Part shown: piece after piece, positions 25,901 to 29,877 of the stretch | Position numbering within the stretch: the first letter of the stretch is position 1 | How the letters are laid out: the number at the start of each line of letters is the position of its first letter | Origin: a virus | Lineage: Duplodnaviria > Caudoviricetes | Reading direction: 5' to 3' (one strand) | IMG/VR virus record: IMGVR_UViG_3300020044_005907 | Span: 1 to 29,877 of that record | DNA: 29,877 bases | The notes under the pieces: model-generated | The model's input: only the letters and a program-made list of their open reading frames with translations | Told to the model about the DNA's origin: nothing | The model's database searches: none | Translations under genes and position numbers: made by a program

Positions 25901-26063
25901 TTGATTCCTTTCGCACCACGTTAATCATGCCGATCAATGCAAGTCCAGTCGTCAAGATAGCTTCCTGCATCTCTGGGTGCAGCTTAAGACCAACTGCTGT
26001 GAGTAGCGCAAACAAACCGCGCCATGTGGATGGCTCTTTGAGCCGTTCTAGTAGGTACTTCAT
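25848..26063 (-). CDS. Putative holin (2 TM segments)
   Basis: RLKEPSTWRGL motif followed by two hydrophobic segments. Confidence 0.65.
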   Translation of the reverse strand: MKYLLERLKEPSTWRGLFALLTAVGLKLHPEMQEAILTTGLALIGMINVVRKESNDTKPAANSTPVVGDQG

Positions 26064-26094
26064 AAGGATAGAGATGTAGATTTACGAGGCATGG

Positions 26095-28272
26095 TTAGAA
26101 CGTGGTCAATGCAGCGCGCTTCCAGACGTTGGTTGCCGTGCAGACGTATAGCCAGTTGTTGGTGTTATCCACGGCAACTTGCCCCACAAGGCCAGCAGAA
26201 GTTGAAATAGCCGGGATGGCAACGTGCGTTGTGTTGGTTGTGCGAACTCCTGCTGCCGTGGTCAGATACAACTGGTCGCCAAACCACTCAACAGCATGTC
26301 CTTGAGGCGTGGTCATTAATGCAGCGCCAGCTTGAAAGTAGAACGGAGCCGTATTAGTGGTGGCCGCATTTGCCCTAAAGGTTTGGTATCCAGTAAACAA
26401 GTTTGTACTAAGACTCGCAGGCGATGCTCTTAGATTAACGCGATACATCGTAATGTTGGTTGTCCCAACAGTGATTTCAGTGTTTCCCGATCCGGTTGGG
26501 CCTACAAATGTTTGAATAAATCCGTTTTGGGCTGAACCAAAGCGGGTCATGTACATCATGTTCCTGACAGTGCCCGTGTACCAAGATGGGCGAGTAAATA
26601 CGGCAGATACACCAACTGCTCCAACAGTTGTGACTTCCCAAAATCCATTTTGCGTTGTTGTGGTCTGCAGTGCAAACGCAATAATGTCACCCAGCACTGG
26701 AGTGTACCCATCTGTCGCAAACACCCCTGTGGCCGTCACAGTAAACGTGTCTGGCTCAGGGCCAGTGGCCATTGTTCCCACAATATTGGCAGTGGTCTGC
26801 GCCTCGACCATCCTCATCCCAATACCTAAGTTTGAAATGGCAGCTTGGGCACTTATTGCCCCAGTTCCACCTTTATCTATTGCCAGCGGAGCGGCTGAAG
26901 TAAGTGCAATCTGTGCGCCAATGCCAGCAGGCGTAATGGCTTGATTGCTTGCAGCAGTCAACCTGCCGTAAGCGTCTACAGTCAACGCAGCAATTTGCGT
27001 AGATGAACCGTAAGACAACGCAGACACACCAGTCGTGGTAAGCGACAGGATCCTGTCTGTTGTAAGAGCGCCTCCACCAGTTAACCCATTTTCCGTTGAT
27101 ATAGTAAGGCCAGTCGAAACCGCACCAATCGAAGCCGGGGTAATTGCAGCAATCTGCGCTGAAGCCAATGATTGCACTTGGGCACTGTTCTGAAATGCAG
27201 ATAACTGAGATGTAAATGCAATCCCAGCAATTTGAGTAGTTGTAGCAAATCCAGAGGCAGCGTCAGTTGAAAGTGCTCCAATTGATGCAGGAGTAATCGC
27301 GGAAATCTGCGATGAGGTTATAGCTTCGACCTGCGAACTACTCAATCCACTTGCCTGTTCGCTAGAAATCCAAACTGAGCCATTGTAGACAAGAATGTTT
27401 CCAATAGACGGCGCAGTCCAATCAACTGGTTGACCAACAATTGTTGCTGCATTGGTGTCTGCAAGAAACCAATAGCTTGGCGAAAACATTGGATTTTGGT
27501 TTATGTTCCCAGCCACAGGCTTTGCCACATAAACCTGCGAACTAACAGAAACAACATCGCCGCCTTTGTATTCTGTTGTTGTCTTCCAATCTTGACCTAA
27601 TCCAAGTGCAAGAATTTGATCAGCAGCAAGCGTGTTCACTTGCGCACTACTAAGCCCGCCAACCTGCGCTGTGGTTGCGTATCCAGTTAAAGCAGCAGAT
27701 GTAATCCCTCCGAGATTAGACAAAGCAGATGGAGCATCTGTTGCGCCAGTGCCACCTTTAGAAATTGCGATCACCGCACTCGTGGAGACAGCGCCAATTG
27801 AGGCTGGAGTAATTGAAGCAATCTGAGCAGATGCAATTGCGCTTACTTGTGCCGTGTTGGTAAACGCTGACAACTGCGAGGTAAACGCAATACCTACAAT
27901 TTGAGTAGTCGTAGCAAAGCCAGACAACTGACTCGTGCTTGCAAAACCAGAAATAGCTGCTGACGTAATGCCACCAAGCGCAGACAGTGCAGACACGGCG
28001 TCTGTGGCCCCGGTGCCACCCTTACTGATGCCGATAATATCGCTTGTTGCTACAGCACCAATAGTGGCAGGCGTAATGGCTGCAATTTGCGCTGACGTCA
28101 GTGATTGAACCTGTGCGCTGTTGAGACCGCCAATTTGGTCGGTGGTAGCAAGTCCTGCGGTTATTAGCGACTTAGCTGCCGTTTTAGTTACGCCTCCTTG
28201 ATTGAGGACAAAGATGTCAGCGGTGCCAACTGCGGTTGCTGATGGAAGTGCAGAGATTTTTACGTCAGGCAT
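26095..28272 (-). CDS. Tail fibre with internal repeats and a carbohydrate-binding-like module
   Basis: N-terminal DVKISALP, repeated SAQI..ITPA.IGA and I.KGGTGA units, and a CBM5/12-like WKTTTEYKGGDVVS....YVAK...PSYW segment. Confidence 0.8.
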   Translation of the reverse strand: MPDVKISALPSATAVGTADIFVLNQGGVTKTAAKSLITAGLATTDQIGGLNSAQVQSLTSAQIAAITPATIGAVATSDIIGISKGGTGATDAVSALSALGGITSAAISGFASTSQLSGFATTTQIVGIAFTSQLSAFTNTAQVSAIASAQIASITPASIGAVSTSAVIAISKGGTGATDAPSALSNLGGITSAALTGYATTAQVGGLSSAQVNTLAADQILALGLGQDWKTTTEYKGGDVVSVSSQVYVAKPVAGNINQNPMFSPSYWFLADTNAATIVGQPVDWTAPSIGNILVYNGSVWISSEQASGLSSSQVEAITSSQISAITPASIGALSTDAASGFATTTQIAGIAFTSQLSAFQNSAQVQSLASAQIAAITPASIGAVSTGLTISTENGLTGGGALTTDRILSLTTTGVSALSYGSSTQIAALTVDAYGRLTAASNQAITPAGIGAQIALTSAAPLAIDKGGTGAISAQAAISNLGIGMRMVEAQTTANIVGTMATGPEPDTFTVTATGVFATDGYTPVLGDIIAFALQTTTTQNGFWEVTTVGAVGVSAVFTRPSWYTGTVRNMMYMTRFGSAQNGFIQTFVGPTGSGNTEITVGTTNITMYRVNLRASPASLSTNLFTGYQTFRANAATTNTAPFYFQAGAALMTTPQGHAVEWFGDQLYLTTAAGVRTTNTTHVAIPAISTSAGLVGQVAVDNTNNWLYVCTATNVWKRAALTTF

Positions 28273-28276
28273 ACAA

Positions 28277-28615
28277 TTAGCTAATTAAAACCCAAGAAAC
28301 AGAAGACTCATCCCAAGTGTACCTATTGCCGTCAGATGGATATGCCACAGGAGGATTCCAGATGCAAGTTTCTTCATTTAAGATCCATGACGGATATGGT
28401 TGAGGCGCGTAGAAAGCATCACGGACTTCATCGTACACATAGCCAATTCCAGCGTAGTTTTTGCGCAGTGGACGGCCTTCTGGATGTTGTCCAGCGTAAG
28501 TGTTGTAACTTGTCTGCACCCATGTTCCAGACACAGCACCAGAATCAATAAAATCTTGTTCAGCAACGATTACTTGTTGAACAATCCCATCTTTAATTTC
28601 AGCAAAGTGACTCAT
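28277..28615 (-). CDS. Conserved tail-fibre-associated (assembly-like) protein
   Basis: MSHFAEI...WVQTSYN...RKNYAGIGYVYDEVRDAFYAPQPYPSW...YTWDE, next to a Gly-rich gene. Confidence 0.75.
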   Translation of the reverse strand: MSHFAEIKDGIVQQVIVAEQDFIDSGAVSGTWVQTSYNTYAGQHPEGRPLRKNYAGIGYVYDEVRDAFYAPQPYPSWILNEETCIWNPPVAYPSDGNRYTWDESSVSWVLIS

Positions 28616-29424
28616 GTTAATGAAAATGAACCTGAAGTTATAAACTGTTTAACGCTAGCAAATCCAGCCAGCGTGTGTGTATTTACTGTTCCAGAAATAA
28701 GATTAAATGTGCGCCCAATTGGAACATACACAAGCACTGCGCCAGATCCTCCAGCAAAACAAGTATCTGCAGATGCGGTTCCATCTCCGCCACCTCCTGA
28801 ATTTGGTGCACCTGCTACAGGAAAAGCATTAAATCCCCCGCCATCGCCGCCTATTGAATAGATTCTTCCAGTGTAGGATGAAGTTGATGAATATCCAGTC
28901 CCACCAGCCCCGCTGGAAGCCCCGCTTGCAGCTTGCCCTGCGCCAGAATATCCACCTCCGCCGCCTGCCCCTGCGCCAAGTGCGCTGGCTCCGCCATTAT
29001 TTCCTTGGTCTGCCGTGCCAGTTCCTCCAGGTTGATTTGGTCTTGTAAATGGAGTTTGACCAAACGATTGCCCTCCGCCAGACCCGCCGTTTTTTGCTTC
29101 TTGTCCTGAAGTGTTTGAAGTTGCAGCTCCACCACCTCCTCCTATTGCAGTAAAGGTATTCCCACTTGTAAGTGTAGAGTTTGACCCATTATTCCCAGCA
29201 AAAAAAGTGCTTGGTTGTGCTCCTCCAGCCCCAACAATAACGGTAATCGTTGAGTTTACTAAAAAACTAATGCCATTTGTAATTAAAATTCCACCTGCTC
29301 CACCTCCCCCACCGGAAGGACTACTGGTGGTTCCAGTTGAGCCAGACGCTCCTCCTCCAGCAATTAAAGTTGCGTTGAATGAATTTGCTTTTGCAAATCT
29401 TAAGTTGTTAGATGCAAACAACAT
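28612..29424 (-). CDS. Glycine-rich domain tail/adsorption protein (paralogue of 20079-20927)
   Basis: LIAGGGASG, GGGGGAGG, GGSGGG, QGNNGG, GGSGAVLVY, FITSGSFSLT. Likely start ATG 29424. Confidence 0.8.
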   Translation of the reverse strand: MLFASNNLRFAKANSFNATLIAGGGASGSTGTTSSPSGGGGGAGGILITNGISFLVNSTITVIVGAGGAQPSTFFAGNNGSNSTLTSGNTFTAIGGGGGAATSNTSGQEAKNGGSGGGQSFGQTPFTRPNQPGGTGTADQGNNGGASALGAGAGGGGGYSGAGQAASGASSGAGGTGYSSTSSYTGRIYSIGGDGGGFNAFPVAGAPNSGGGGDGTASADTCFAGGSGAVLVYVPIGRTFNLISGTVNTHTLAGFASVKQFITSGSFSLT

Positions 29425-29426
29425 AT

Positions 29427-29876
29427 TTAAGGTGTAAAATCTTGTATGTAAGATCCATACCAATTTACTCCATCTGAAGCAAATGAGATGATATCGAGTT
29501 TACCAAGAGATGGAGTAATTGTTGGAGCAACCCCGCCAGCCCACTTTACTGCAGTGAACGTAGCTGACGTTGGCGTGCCTGTTGGTGGCTGCTTAAGATA
29601 CAACGCAAACGATTTACCAACTCCAACCGACGGCATAGTAAATGTGCATGGCGTTGCAGATGTTAGTGTTGCAGTAATAACCGTTCCAGCAGTAATTGCC
29701 AGTGTTACCGCTGCTCCTACTGTTCCCCGTACAACTGTGCCCTCTGTGTAGCCATTAATGTTTGGAGTGGCAATTGTTGGAGATGTTGAAAATACAAGCG
29801 TGCCTGTGCCGCTTTCGTCGGTTACCGCAGAAAGAAGATTTGCGCTTGATGGAGTTTGAAGGAACGTAGAAACATT
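29427..29876 (-). CDS. Tail fibre-like protein, C-terminal part (runs off the window)
   Basis: Open from the edge: TPSSANLLSAVTDESGTGTLVFSTSPTIATPNINGYTEG...DIISFASDGVNWYG, paralogous to the C-terminus of 20927-22027. Confidence 0.8.
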   Translation of the reverse strand, partial: NVSTFLQTPSSANLLSAVTDESGTGTLVFSTSPTIATPNINGYTEGTVVRGTVGAAVTLAITAGTVITATLTSATPCTFTMPSVGVGKSFALYLKQPPTGTPTSATFTAVKWAGGVAPTITPSLGKLDIISFASDGVNWYGSYIQDFTP

Positions 29877-29877
29877 A

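Noticed and set aside
4333-29751. Numerous plus-strand ORFs in the track (for example 4333, 10790, 11630, 17136, 28400)
   Set aside because: They are antisense shadows of well-supported minus-strand genes and show no recognisable motifs.
20079-29876. Diversity-generating retroelement acting on the paralogous fibre tips
   Set aside because: No reverse transcriptase is in the window, and the differences between copies are not adenine-specific; many appear synonymous.
1-29877. Stop-codon reassignment
   Set aside because: TAA, TAG and TGA all end well-formed genes and coding density is high in the standard code. The DnaB halves are too far apart for read-through to join them.
1-29877. CRISPR arrays, tRNA/rRNA genes, integrase or transposase
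   Set aside because: No repeat-spacer periodicity, cloverleaf or recombinase motifs were recognised by eye. A tRNAscan or Infernal run would be needed to be certain.

Overview
This is a ~30 kb piece of a tailed dsDNA phage genome, probably podovirus-like (nozzle-like gene plus four candidate ejection proteins, no tape measure or sheath seen) infecting a diderm host. Many genes have A/C-rich leaders and no Shine-Dalgarno site. Left part (1-4100): an early region with a MoxR/CobS-like AAA+ ATPase, its partner and small genes. The ATPase is broken into two opposite-strand pieces by an exact 99-bp inverted repeat, most likely a misassembly. Middle (4186-12066, minus strand): a tightly coupled replication/recombination operon with SSB, HTH, Holliday junction resolvase, initiator-like protein, dNMP kinase, RecE-like nuclease and a TerS-like gene. 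Right (12167-29877, minus strand): internal virion proteins, nozzle, lysis cassette and tail fibres. The most striking observation is a DnaB-type helicase split cleanly just after the Walker A helix into two genes (9234-9911 and 6859-7449) with recognisable motifs, separated by four translationally coupled unrelated genes. Other signals are a helically phased CC(T/G)GG array where the operons converge, a structurally conserved intergenic hairpin, and a duplicated fibre-tip/Gly-rich cassette. All assignments come from motif recognition by eye; no searches were run.
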